In this document: piece after piece, positions 9,496 to 20,747 of the stretch
Numbering within the stretch: position 1 is the stretch's first letter
Layout of the letters: each line of letters starts with the position of its first letter
NCBI GenBank assembly: GCA_002811645.1
Contig: PDIP01000148.1
Location: 1-37,627, forward strand
DNA: 37,627 bases
Source: Corallochytrium limacisporum Hawaii
Lineage: Eukaryota; Protista; Pluriformea
Direction: 5' to 3'
The notes under the pieces: model-generated
Database searches by the model: none
Told to the model about the DNA's origin: nothing
The model's input: the letters and a program-made list of their open reading frames with translations, nothing else
Position numbers and translations under genes: made by a program

Positions 9496-12142
9496 TAGTT
9501 ACTATTGTCCTTACGAGGCGGAAGTTGAGTAATCAGCCCGTTCGGGCGGATGCCTCGAAGGGTTCACCAAATTTGTCTGGAGTGCGGCAAACGAGTGGAG
9601 AACGTCACTTAACATGCCAGTTTGTAGACATGGGAAGTATGCTGAACTTTTCAATACTCGAGAAGGCTCCAGCATGACGATGGTGGAATTTCCTAGAACG
9701 GGTACGACTGGAAGGGCGATCATCAAGTATCATTTCTAGTACATATAAGTATTCCGTATCGCGTACTTCGTTGCCATACAGTCTGCACACATTGACATGA
9801 CATAAAGTTCAGCACCGCGGTGTGCTCAAGTTTCACATTCCATGATGAGTCCCGGAATGGTATAGCTGAGCTCATTGATCCTCTGCTACCCCCATTGTAC
9901 CGTGTTGGTGTATGATGTTTGCTCACATGGGCAATCTCCTCCTACCAAGTATGTATGCTTTGATCATCATGTACAACGCTTGTCACCTCTAGCTGTCTTC
10001 GAAGATTAATGGTTCTTTCAGGACTGGAGTCAATAAGCACATGTCCACCCGGAATGAGTCAGGCAAGAAGAACCCTGCGGTGTGTAACTGCGCGAAGCAA
10101 CCAGCCCCTAAGAGTCTGCCGCACCCTTCTCCCAAGGCACTCTCCGTATACACACGCGGCCCCTCCTCCCTCTTCCTCCTCCCGTCCCACCCCCTCCCCT
10201 TTTCCCCGACTTCCGACCTTCACACAGGAAGACGTAGGGGGCCATCTGCTGGCAGTTAACAGCGGTCCACCACTTCCTTCGGCTTTTGTGTCCCCGAGGT
10301 TGTGGGGTGAGGGGAGGAGAGGGGGGAAGGAGGAGGCGGGGTGGTGTCGTGAAGCGTGAGTGCGCACACGGTGTGATGGGGGGTCTTTTGCCAAACTCAG
10401 CAGTGCGTGTCCCTGAACGTTCATCTTCGAATGCTTCCTTTCCCCACACCCATATCCACATTTCAGTTGTACATGAATTTCAGAACTGTTTTTCTTACGT
10501 TGTCTTCTTCTAATTTATCGCTTGATTCATTATTTCTGCCTTCTCAGGTGGTACGCACTCTCGAGGAGAACGAAACTTCCGACATGAGCGTTTTCCTCAC
10601 ACCGTGTTTCCCGTGTTCCCGTGGCCGGCAAGGCAAAAGAGTCATTCATCGCCAAAGTCGACTTTGGCTCAAACCCTGGCAGGTTTTTTCCTCCGAAACT
10701 GGGGAGATTCCAGGCTTGGAATTCATAATCAATGTTTGAAGAATGGATCCCTTGCTTCGACTTTCTGAAGATCGCGTCCCGAGTGTGAAACGGTGGTTGG
10801 TTTCGGGGTGCAGAGAGATGATATGTACCGATGACGAATTGAACGCTCAAAACTGCGTATTGCTGAGGTTTGTGGTGAAGGGCTGACACAGACCAGCATG
10901 TACCATCCATCAGTCGTCGTCATCATCAGAGCGTCCTGCCCCGTGCGGTTGGCGTAGGATACCGTATCATTAATCATAGAACATGGTAAAAGGAGACATG
11001 CAAGGAAAGAGGGGACGGGGACGTACATCGCAAGGCACCCAAAGCAGCTACCACATAGCCGTAGCTCCTTCCGCAAGTGAACAACATCAATCAGCAACAA
11101 GCAGTATGCATACCTATCGTAATCGTCATCATGCTTGTAAATGCTTCCCCTTCTTCGGCTGCGTGAAGGATATGCTCCAGGTGGATGTACATGTATGTGG
11201 TGTCTGATGAGAGTACATGCATGGTAACTCCTGCATAAGCCACTGACTGATAGGGTCTCAAAACGCATAGATGAGCACAGCTGCCCATGCATGTATGCAT
11301 GCTTGGTAGCAGAGCAAATGTAAATGGACTTGAGTGCACGCTGTACACCAAACATAGATGCAAAGATATCGGTAAGGCAACCTTTGACTACTCTCCAACT
11401 CTAGTGCATTCTATTGTCCGAAAGGACCACTGATTCAGTACTGGCCTCTGAGACAACAGTACCTCTTTAGCTATAATTGTCACTGACCGTACAGGATTGC
11501 TGGTGGTGCGGGTGGGTGCTGGTGCTGGTGCTGGGGAGCAGGCGTGATCATTCCATGAGCTGCTTACCGATATGCCAGGCATTGGCCCTTTCTACCTTTC
11601 AGTCGAGGGTAACGATTTTGGTACTTTCACTATTGGTTTTCCACGGTGACCCCTTTTCTGTCCGGGAGGAGGACATGGTGGATGCATAAAGCACGGCTTC
11701 TGCCGCTTCGTGAATAGAGCATCTTGGGTATGAAGAACATACCGCGTCTTTCGAAGACTACTTCGGGAGTCTTGTCGGAAATTAACGACCCTCACCGTTG
11801 GCAATGGCATTCGGTGCCGCCTCATTGCTAACCCTCACACGCTGGCTTCAGAAGAGATCCGTTCAGAATGTATCGAAATTGAAAAGTCACGCCGTCGTCA
11901 GTTTCCTTTGAACCAATTTCGCACTACACAGAAAGTATGTACCGGGCCACGTTTACCCATGTCCCACCGGTACAGACCAACAATAATCTTGACGGCCCTT
12001 TGACGCCAGAGGGGACGGGAGCATTGAGTACTGAAAATGTGCTCATATATTTCACTGGTCCCTCGGTAGTGGGGGTCGGGGAAAATTGCTGAGGGTCGTC
12101 GAATGACTGAGAATTAATTTCCATTGGTCCGTGGTCAGGCGC

Positions 12143-12183
12143 AGAGCGAGAGCGAGAGAGAGAGAGAGTGTGTGTGTGTGTGT
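12143..12183. repeat. Compound (AG)n(TG)n microsatellite
   Basis: agagcgagagcgagagagagagagagtgtgtgtgtgtgtgt. Confidence 0.9.
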
Positions 12184-13264
12184 CACCGACAGCAACAGAT
12201 CGAATAGGTCCATCAGTCGCGGTTTCTACGCACTTTCGCACATCCCATATATAAAATGTGCAGGATTCTTACGAACTACACAGCTTAAATGTCATATGCG
12301 CATTGTAAACAAAGACCGATCCCCCGCGCAGCCCGGACCGTTGACACCCCTCGTCCCGCCGAATAGACCAAATCTACGAGTGCACGCCGCCGTGGAGAGA
12401 GTTAGAAAAAAAAATATAGCAAAGAAAGGCGGGCTTCCCCTTTGCGGCACACACTCGCCGGCACGACGGGAGAAGGGGCTTGGCCTCACACCGTGACCCT
12501 TGGCCGGAGATGTCCTCTCCCCCCCCCTCCCGGCTCTTCCCCTTTTCCTCTCGCTTTCTCTCCTCACCCATCCCCATCCCTCCCTTGCCGGTCGGTCGGA
12601 GTTCCGCAATGGTTTCTATTATATACTCTCTGTATGAGATTTGGGAGCCGCAGTCATTGTCCCTTTCACTTCTGGCACATCCCCTTGCCGCGGGACACAT
12701 GGCTGATCCACAACAACACCGTTAAACGGATGTTTGTGTTTGTCCAACCCTTTGTTCTGTTTGTGCCCATTCATTCTTCATAATACTTCCTGCATGTGTT
12801 GCCTACTATGCTGTTTGGTATTGGGTTCCTCGTCGGTGCTTCTTCGCCCAGGGAGTTATGTGCATCCGATAGATCTGCGGCATTCCATCCGGAGGCGACG
12901 GAGCGCTGTCATTTTCTCCGTTGCCGCTTTCCCCGAGGCGCCCCCCCTTCCCGCGGTACACTTGGGCACACAAGGCCGAATCAATTCAAGGAAAGAAAAG
13001 AGCTTGAAAAGGAGGACGAAAAGAGAAAACGAGGAGAACCGCCCACCGTTCTTTTTCCGGGCCCGGCCCTGATAACTAAAAAACTCAAACCCAATCCTCC
13101 CCTTTCTCTCTCTTTCCTTCCCCTCCTCCCTCCCGGGGGATTCCTCCGGGGCAGGTGGAACGAAGGAGAGGACAGATCCCCCCCCTCCACCTCTCATTCG
13201 GCATACAATACATGGTGTTTGGGATTTTGTAGGCGTGTCCCGTTGGTATTTTAGCGCGGCTGCC

Positions 13265-13273
<9 letters not shown>

Positions 13274-13327
<54 letters not shown>

Positions 13328-13377
13328 GTGTNNNNNNNNNNNNNNNNNNNNNNNNNNNNNNNNNNNNNNNNNNNNNN

Positions 13378-13421
<44 letters not shown>
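13274..13421. repeat. (CT)n microsatellite spanning an assembly gap (N 13332-13377)
   Basis: Long CT runs on both sides of the N run. Confidence 0.92.
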
Positions 13422-13424
<3 letters not shown>

Positions 13425-14768
13425 CTTGTGTTTTACTCACTATTCCAACGCTACCGAGAGCGAGGAGCCGGGCGTTGGGGCGGTGGTAGAGTTGGACGGG
13501 GCCCATCGGTCCTTCTTCGCAGAAACCAACAATTCACAAACACCCGCTCAAATTTGGTAAAGGCTACCGCCAATGTCCCATTCTTTTCCTATCGTTCGGG
13601 CCAAACGGGAAAAAGCAACGGAGGACATCGCAAAAAGAAAAAAGTTAGCTGAACAAAGATCCGTCAAAGAAAACCGGACAGACTTAAAATGGATAATGGA
13701 AGTGTGTGGAAGGAAAGGGAAACCCGGGAAAATGGGCTGCGGGGCATAAAGCAACCCAAAAAAAAAAAAGAAAAAAGGGGAGAGAACCCCTCCCCCTTTT
13801 GAGCTTGGAACACTTGGAATACATGAGTCAACAGAGAGAATCCCATCCCAATCGAACAACACACGCACGCACGCACACACGCACGCACGGTTTACACACA
13901 CACACGCACGCCCAAGTGTGGAAAGGGGCATGGGTTTACCCTCTAATACATTCGCGATTTACTTCATAGCGCTGACTGTTTTTCCCTTTCTTTGACCGTC
14001 TACCCAGCTCGCTCCTCCGTCCCTCGTTGTTGCCCTCGTCGATGAAGGTTTGTTCCGTCCACTTGGCGAGGGGGGGGGGGGCCGCGGGCGGGCGTGACCT
14101 GCTAGGATGGGAAATTTAATTGGTACCCCAACAGCACACACACTGACACACGCAGGTGCCAGAAAGATTCGACGGTTGGGCAGAGCATCCCAAACGCTAG
14201 AGAGAAAAGAAATACGAAAAATAATCAAAATCACACACGCCGGGGGGGAGAGAACTTGGAAGAAGTAGTAAGTCAATTTCTTGTATTTCCATACTAATTA
14301 AATGGAGAGATTTCCACGCAGCTATTCTCCCGACTTCTCTCCAAACGGGGTTGCCACCCCCCCCTTTTCTTCGTCGGCGGTTAGAGGCCAAGAACCCAAG
14401 AGACCCATCGATCTCAACCCGCAGACCCTGTCCGTTACTGTCTTGGATGAAAACACGCACTTTTGCAAAAATTAGGGAAATGACGCCAGCTCTACGCAGC
14501 GCAAGGCATGGAGAAAGTACAGAAAATTTCTGCACATTTTTTGTTTCCTTGTGCGAGATCTCCCCTTTCGCCGTTGGAGACAAAAGGGTCTGCCGGGGGA
14601 AATCCTCTTCTACCCTCCTTCCCAACATAGGCAACAGTCCCTCCATCTGTCCCTTACCCTTATCCCAGTCCTCCTCGCACGTTATTTACGTGGTGGTGGA
14701 TGTGGGGGAGAGAGGGGGGGGGGCAAAAAGCCTTGTGATTGGGGCCAAAGCGATTAGGCCCCGGGGGG

Positions 14769-14976
14769 NNNNNNNNNNNNNNNNNNNNNNNNNNNNNNNN
14801 NNNNNNNNNNNNNNNNNNNNNNNNNNNNNNNNNNNNNNNNNNNNNNNNNNNNNNNNNNNNNNNNNNNNNNNNNNNNNNNNNNNNNNNNNNNNNNNNNNNN
14901 NNNNNNNNNNNNNNNNNNNNNNNNNNNNNNNNNNNNNNNNNNNNNNNNNNNNNNNNNNNNNNNNNNNNNNNNNNNN
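14769..14976. other. Assembly gap (N run)
   Basis: Run of N. Confidence 1.
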
Positions 14977-15759
14977 CCTCAGATAATGCAAAAATAAAAA
15001 ACAAAACAAAGACGCGTTAGCATAAAAAGCCGTGGCCGTGTGGTTGGGGGCCGCCGGTGTGATTCAGGACCGACCCCTTGACTGGCGCAATGCTGTGATG
15101 GGGGGGAGCGATTGGAAAACGTTATCAAAGAAACAAGAGAAAACCGTCTACGTGTGGTGCTGTTGGTGATTGATGGTGGATTGGATGAAAGGGGAGGTGG
15201 GGGGGGGCAAAGGCAGTTTTGGGCACAGTACTGTACGCAAAAATCGTGATCACAGACAGCAACAAATAAAACAAGGATTAAGAGAACGTACCGGAACGAC
15301 GGGGGGGGGAGGGGGAGAAGCGAGAGTTGAACACTCAACCGCTCCAATGTGCCGGTGTAATTTGGGGGGGGTGCTCACGGCCCCACCACCAGATCTTCGG
15401 CACAACAGCACGGGGAGAGGGTTTGGGTTGGGCCGACTGGTGGAAAGGGAACGGTGTCACACACTGTGTGGCAAGTGCCCTAAAACGGTGATGTGATGGA
15501 TGAATCCGATATATAGAAGCGTATTGGATTGATACGGACACAAAAATTGGCCGTTGACGGACCTGTAGGCATGAACACCAAAGTCACACCGGTCTGTGAA
15601 TGTGTTTTATATCGGTGGTTGCAAAATTACGGGGTCCGTGTGCCATAAAAAACAGATTAAAGGGGTTCTCACCCCACTGACAGCACTTTCTGCACTGCGG
15701 GTGTGAGACAAGAGGAGACACGCACGACGACGTCTGGGACCGGAACTTTTCATGGTGTG

Positions 15760-15840
15760 GTACGCAGGGTTGTGGTTGGGATACGGAAAGGTACAAGAAG
15801 CAAAGTCTTCACCAACAGCGAGGATTCTGACCATCGGTAG
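15760..15840 (+). other. Candidate 5' UTR spliceosomal intron (81 nt) of the acyl-CoA synthetase gene
   Basis: GTACGC donor at 15760, CTGAC branch at 15827-15831, TAG acceptor ending 15840, 57 nt upstream of the ATG. Confidence 0.5.
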
Positions 15841-15897
15841 ATAAGCTTTGACTTCGAATCGTGCCACAACCACACGTTCATTCACACATAAAACACA

Positions 15898-17934
15898 ATG
15901 GCTCCTCAGAAGACGAAAATCCCCAAGTACGCCGTGGAGATTTCTCCTGGTAAAGAAGGTGAGTCCGGTATTTGGCGACACAAGAAGGTGGCCAAGGGCG
16001 ACCTGCTCCGCACCGTCACCCGCCCCGACGGCACAGAAATCACCACCGCATGGGAGAACTTTGCCTGGGCCGCCAAGACCTATCCCAGCCGCAACTGTGT
16101 TGCCAGCCGTAAGTTCAACTCGGACGGTACCGCTGGTGAATTCCAATGGAAGAAGTACAAGGAGGTTCGTGAGATCGTGGAACAGTTCGCCAAGGGTCTG
16201 CTTGAGCTGAATATCTGCCCCGAGAACGAGGACTCGAGCGACCCCATCCACCGCGCCCTTGGTTTCTACTGCAAGAACCGTGAGGAATGGTTTATCGCTC
16301 AGATGGCTTGCCATATGGCTAACATCACAGTTGTGCCTCTGTACGACACCTTGGGTCCTGACGTCGTTCAGTACATTTGTGAACAGACTGGCCTGCATAG
16401 CATTGTCGCCGGCCCCAAGGAGGCCAAGACTCTGGCTGCGAATGCTTCCAAGCTCGAAACCGTCAAGAACGTCATTCAGCTGCCCAGCCAGGATGGCAGC
16501 GACTCCTGGGTTGAGTCCATTGGCGACTGCAAGATCTACAAGATGGAGGACATTCTTGCGGCGGGTAAGGAGGCCGGTGCCTCTGTCGAAGTTGAGCACC
16601 CCAAGCCCGAAAACGTTGCTATCCTCGGATACACTTCCGGCACCACTGGCAACCCAAAGGGTGTCATGAACTTGCATTCCAACCTGATTGCTGCCTTTGC
16701 TGGTGGTGAGAAGGCTGGCATCCATGTCAACCACACGGATGTTCATCTGTCATACCTGCCTCTGGCACACATTTTCGAGCAGATCATTCTGGTCGGTATT
16801 GCCGGTTCTGGTTCCGCCGTCGGTTACTACCGTGGAGATCCCCTGAAGCTGGTTGAGGACATCACTGTCCTGCGCCCAACCATTTTCCCGTCTGTCCCAC
16901 GTTTGTGGAACCGTATTTACGATCGTATCATGGGTGGTGTACAAGATAAGGGTGGTCTGTCCAAGTTCCTCTTCATGCAGGGTTACAAGTCCAAGGAGAA
17001 CAAGATGAAGCAGGGTGTCTTCACTCACGGTTTCTGGGACAAGCTCGTATTCGGTAAGGTCGCAGGCCGCGTTGGTCTGGACCGCTGCTCTCGTATGCTT
17101 ACTGGTTCCGCACCTATTGCCCCTCACGTACACGCATTCCTACGTATTGTCTTCTCCTGCCCCGTACTTGAGGGTTATGGTCAGACCGAGGGTGCCGCGG
17201 CTACCACTCTGTCCAAGGCTCGCGATCCTCGCGTCGGACACGTCGGTGGTCCCGTTTGCTGCATTGAGCTGAAGACGGTTGACGTCCCTGAGATGAACTA
17301 TACCGCTCAGGACAAGCCTTGCCCCCGTGGTGAGATCTGCTACCGTGGTCCCTCCGTTTTCCCTGGCTACTATAAGATGCCCGAGAAGACCAAGGAGACT
17401 CTCGATGAGGACGGCTGGTGCCACACTGGTGACATTGGTGTCATCCAGAAGGACGGTTCCGTGAAGATTATTGACCGCAAGAAGAACATCTTCAAACTGG
17501 CCCAGGGTGAGTACGTCGCCGCTGAAAAGATCGAGAACATCATGATCAAGAGCCAGTACATCAGCCAGTGCTTCATTTACGGTGACTCTCTGCATTCCTA
17601 CTTGGTCGCCATCGCTGTCATTGACCAAGAGCAGTGGCCAAAGCTGTGCGCTGAGAAAGGATTTGACAAGGACACTCCTAGTGACGATGCCAAGAAGTTC
17701 CTCCTGGAGGACCTTCGCAAGACTGGTCAGGAGAATAAGCTCAACGGTTTCGAGCTGCCCAAGCAGGTACACATTGAGACCATTGCCTGGACTCCAGACG
17801 ACGAGGAGTCCATCCTTACCCCCACCTTCAAGTTGAAGCGCAAGCCTGCTCAGGAACGCTACCAGGCTCAGATCGATGAGATGTACAAGGACGAGAACAT
17901 TGGTGGCAAGAGTGGCCTGAAGGTCGGCGCATGA
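15898..17934 (+). CDS. Long-chain fatty acyl-CoA synthetase (ACSL1/5/6- or LACS-like)
   Basis: YTSGTTGNPKG P-loop, SYLPLAHIFE, EGYGQTE, GWCHTGDIG, IIDRKKNIFKLAQGEYVA and LTPTFKLKR; strong C/G-ending codon bias. Confidence 0.97.
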   Translation: MAPQKTKIPKYAVEISPGKEGESGIWRHKKVAKGDLLRTVTRPDGTEITTAWENFAWAAKTYPSRNCVASRKFNSDGTAGEFQWKKYKEVREIVEQFAKGLLELNICPENEDSSDPIHRALGFYCKNREEWFIAQMACHMANITVVPLYDTLGPDVVQYICEQTGLHSIVAGPKEAKTLAANASKLETVKNVIQLPSQDGSDSWVESIGDCKIYKMEDILAAGKEAGASVEVEHPKPENVAILGYTSGTTGNPKGVMNLHSNLIAAFAGGEKAGIHVNHTDVHLSYLPLAHIFEQIILVGIAGSGSAVGYYRGDPLKLVEDITVLRPTIFPSVPRLWNRIYDRIMGGVQDKGGLSKFLFMQGYKSKENKMKQGVFTHGFWDKLVFGKVAGRVGLDRCSRMLTGSAPIAPHVHAFLRIVFSCPVLEGYGQTEGAAATTLSKARDPRVGHVGGPVCCIELKTVDVPEMNYTAQDKPCPRGEICYRGPSVFPGYYKMPEKTKETLDEDGWCHTGDIGVIQKDGSVKIIDRKKNIFKLAQGEYVAAEKIENIMIKSQYISQCFIYGDSLHSYLVAIAVIDQEQWPKLCAEKGFDKDTPSDDAKKFLLEDLRKTGQENKLNGFELPKQVHIETIAWTPDDEESILTPTFKLKRKPAQERYQAQIDEMYKDENIGGKSGLKVGA

Positions 17935-18361
17935 AAATAAAACGTTACAAAGCAATGTCCCACCCCACGCACCTCTTCCAGGTAGCCTTTAGGGAATCCC
18001 TTTCAAGAAAAATTAAAAGAGAGAATACAAAACTTCAAGCTCATAAAGACCTCCCTCAGTGTCTCGCGTTCTCCCTTCTCTTGCCCTTTGCCCTGCCCCT
18101 CCCCTCCCCCAACCGGGGGGCCTCTTCCATTTTTCCCTCCAGCCCTGGTCCTGGGTCCCGCTCGACCGGGCCATCTGGCAAACGGGGAGCGGGTATAAGT
18201 GACCGAGCCACCATATGGCTCCCTGTGATTCTTTTCTATGGCTTGGTAGGGTCGATGAACTGCGTTTTCAAACAAGAGCCAATGCTGTAGCAATCGAAAC
18301 TGCTTGATCGTACACCACAATGATCACATGATACCAACCACCTTAGCGGGGAACCGACACA

Positions 18362-20695
18362 ATGGCGACAGATAGATCGAAAACGGCGGTCGTGGTGAAC
18401 CGAGCGGCGGCTGAGGAGCAAATCACTGCGGAGCAGCTGATAAAGCAGTCTCAGGAACTTATCCGCAAGCAAGATGGCCACAAGGGGGCGCAACCTAACA
18501 CCCGTGGGCATGTGCAGCAGAAAATTATGGACCAAGAAGAACTGGCGGAATACCGTATACTGAAGAGGAAGGAGTTCGAAGAACGAGTCAGTAGGATTCG
18601 ATCGTCAACAAGCGCTTGGGTCAAGTACGCCAAATGGGAAGAGATTCAGAAAGATTTTCGTAGAGCCAGAAGCGTTTTCGAGAGAGCATTGGAAATCCAC
18701 ACACATGATCCAAGACTGTGGTTACACTATGCTGAGATGGAAATGCGCAATGAGTTCGTCAACCATGCACGTAATCTCTTAGATCGTGCAACCACGCTGT
18801 TACCGCGGGCGGATCAATTGTGGTCAAAGTACGTATACATGGAAGAACTCCTTGGAAATGTTGTGGGATGTAGGGCAATTTACGAACGATGGATGAAATG
18901 GGATCCGCCAGATACAGCCTGGTTCTCTTTCATTCGCTTTGAGCTACGGTACGGAGAGGTCCAAAGCGCACGAGAGATTTACGAACGATTTGTTATTGTC
19001 CATCCGAAGCCCTTAAATTGGATCCGTTGGGCACGCTTTGAAGAAGATAATGGAGAGTATGGCATTGTGCGCAAAGTGATGCGCCGGGCGGTGGAGTACT
19101 TTGGCGAAGACAACCCTCAAGAGGAGCTTCTACTGGCCTTTGCCCGCTTCGAGGAACGCGTAGGAGAGAAGGAGCGTGCACGAGGGATCTATCAGTACGC
19201 CATCAAAACACTGGAAAAGGGTCTTGACGAAGAGTCGAAGGATGGTGATGATTCCATGGACATTGCAATTGATGACGACGACGAGTTTGACATTCGTCAC
19301 CATCGCAAGCCGAGTCATATATACCGAAGCTATTTACGCTTTGAGAAAAAGTACGGCAGCGCCACAGAACTCAATTTGGCCACCATTGACCGGCGCCGCA
19401 AGGAATATGAGGCACTAGTTCGCGAAGACAGCAATGACTACGCGGTATGGCATGACTATGCCATGCTGGAACGACAGGTGCTGCTGGATGTGGAACGTAT
19501 GAGGAAAATCAACCTGGAAGAGCTGAAGAAGCAAGGAATTGACGGGGATGGCGATCCAGAATCCACGCTCCGCACAGAGTACAACCAGAACGTGGACCGT
19601 GCCCTGAGGAGCATTCGTCGCATATACGACCGGGCGCTAACCAACGTACCTCTTGCAGATACTGAGAAATCCGATGCTTGGCGTGACTATGTGGCTCTTT
19701 GGCTTGACTACGCCACCTTTGAGGAGACAGAATCTGCTGACATTGACCCAGGGCGGCAAAATGAGGCCCTCGATCACGCGGAGAGCATTTACGTCAATTT
19801 GCTGGAGGTCATACCACACAAAAACTTTACTTTTGCTAAAGCTTGGCTTTCCTTTGCCGGCTTCAAGGTCCGACGACACGATCTCGCAGGCGCGCGCAAG
19901 TTGCTGGGCCGTGCCATTGGCACCTGTCCAACGCCCAAAATCTTTGCCGGCTATATCGACATGGAATTGAAGCTTCTCCAGGTCGATCGCTGCCGAAAAC
20001 TCTACGAAAAGTTTGTGGGCTACGATCCAACCTCGGCCCTTGTTTGGGTACAGTATGCAGAATTGGAGGCTGAGCTTTTTGACGTGGACCGCGTGCGGGC
20101 TATCTACGAACTGGCGTTGGCGATGCCAGTGCTGGACCAGCCGGAATTGGTCTGGAAAGCATACCTACAGTTCGAAATGGAGCAGGGTACTCGTGACTAT
20201 GTGGACGCCCTTTACAAGCGCCTGCTGGACCGTACTTCAATGATTTGTGCGACGGTTTGGATCAGTTACATTGAGTGGCAAAGCGCCAGTGATGAGGTTG
20301 TCACTGGCAAGATGCACCGTGTGCTCCATGATCGAGCAGAGAAGATAATGCTGGACGCCTTACAGAAGGCAGTAGAACAATCTGGTGTTCCCATGTCGGA
20401 CAAAGTTTTAACCCTCTTTGACGGCGTCCAGGACTTGTTGAGACATCGAGAACGGTACGAGACTTCGGAAGAGGAAGTGTCCGCGATCCGGAGGCGCAGA
20501 CCGACCCTTAAAGTTGAAGAGGATGATGCTACCGGCACCGACATTGTCGTTGGTGTCACCATCCCGGAACTCCCGGCGCCTCCCACAGCAGGTGCTTCGA
20601 CTGATGACGGGGAGACGCCGCAACAACGGCTCCTACGTAAGGCCAAGGAATTCAAGCGCCAAAAAGAGCAGAACAAGGCCTTGCAGGAACAGTGA
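18362..20695 (+). CDS. CRNKL1: Crooked neck-like pre-mRNA splicing factor (CRNKL1/Clf1/Syf3), HAT repeats
   Basis: QITAEQL, EELAEYRILKRKEFEE, WVKYAKWEE, RARSVFERAL, NHARNLLDRA, IPHKNFTFAKAW, GRAIGTCP and LDQPELVWKAY. Confidence 0.96.
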   Translation: MATDRSKTAVVVNRAAAEEQITAEQLIKQSQELIRKQDGHKGAQPNTRGHVQQKIMDQEELAEYRILKRKEFEERVSRIRSSTSAWVKYAKWEEIQKDFRRARSVFERALEIHTHDPRLWLHYAEMEMRNEFVNHARNLLDRATTLLPRADQLWSKYVYMEELLGNVVGCRAIYERWMKWDPPDTAWFSFIRFELRYGEVQSAREIYERFVIVHPKPLNWIRWARFEEDNGEYGIVRKVMRRAVEYFGEDNPQEELLLAFARFEERVGEKERARGIYQYAIKTLEKGLDEESKDGDDSMDIAIDDDDEFDIRHHRKPSHIYRSYLRFEKKYGSATELNLATIDRRRKEYEALVREDSNDYAVWHDYAMLERQVLLDVERMRKINLEELKKQGIDGDGDPESTLRTEYNQNVDRALRSIRRIYDRALTNVPLADTEKSDAWRDYVALWLDYATFEETESADIDPGRQNEALDHAESIYVNLLEVIPHKNFTFAKAWLSFAGFKVRRHDLAGARKLLGRAIGTCPTPKIFAGYIDMELKLLQVDRCRKLYEKFVGYDPTSALVWVQYAELEAELFDVDRVRAIYELALAMPVLDQPELVWKAYLQFEMEQGTRDYVDALYKRLLDRTSMICATVWISYIEWQSASDEVVTGKMHRVLHDRAEKIMLDALQKAVEQSGVPMSDKVLTLFDGVQDLLRHRERYETSEEEVSAIRRRRPTLKVEEDDATGTDIVVGVTIPELPAPPTAGASTDDGETPQQRLLRKAKEFKRQKEQNKALQEQ

Positions 20696-20747
20696 AAATA
20701 TATTTCTAAATCATAAACCTACTCATGTGTGGTGCAGTGAGTTCCGA

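Noticed and set aside
9117-9992. About 290-codon plus-strand frame with no TAA/TAG, only TGA stops (alternative code or multi-Sec protein?)
   Set aside because: The read-through translation is not protein-like, real genes here use TGA as a stop, and TA depletion makes such runs plausible by chance.
11085-11135. Minus-strand ATGATGA...CTGA pair (C/D snoRNA?)
   Set aside because: Only about 31 nt between the boxes, no convincing terminal stem and no recognisable rRNA guide.
10729-11355. 208-codon minus-strand ORF
   Set aside because: Non-ATG start, composition driven by CATG/TACA-rich alternating sequence, no motif and no codon bias like real neighbours.
11410-11440. gtccGAAAggac hairpin resembling hammerhead ribozyme stem II
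   Set aside because: The flanking CUGAUGA and GAAA core nucleotides are missing.
12300-15450. G/C homopolymer-rich tracts suggesting G-quadruplexes or a repeat family (also 1-90, 8150-8570, 24700-26530)
   Set aside because: They cluster around microsatellites and N-gaps and resemble low-quality read tails, so the base calls are unreliable.
15607-17955. Long antisense ORFs (379 aa and 271 aa) opposite the acyl-CoA synthetase
   Set aside because: Shadow ORFs expected from strong sense-strand codon bias (few TTA/CTA/TCA codons); no protein-like motifs.
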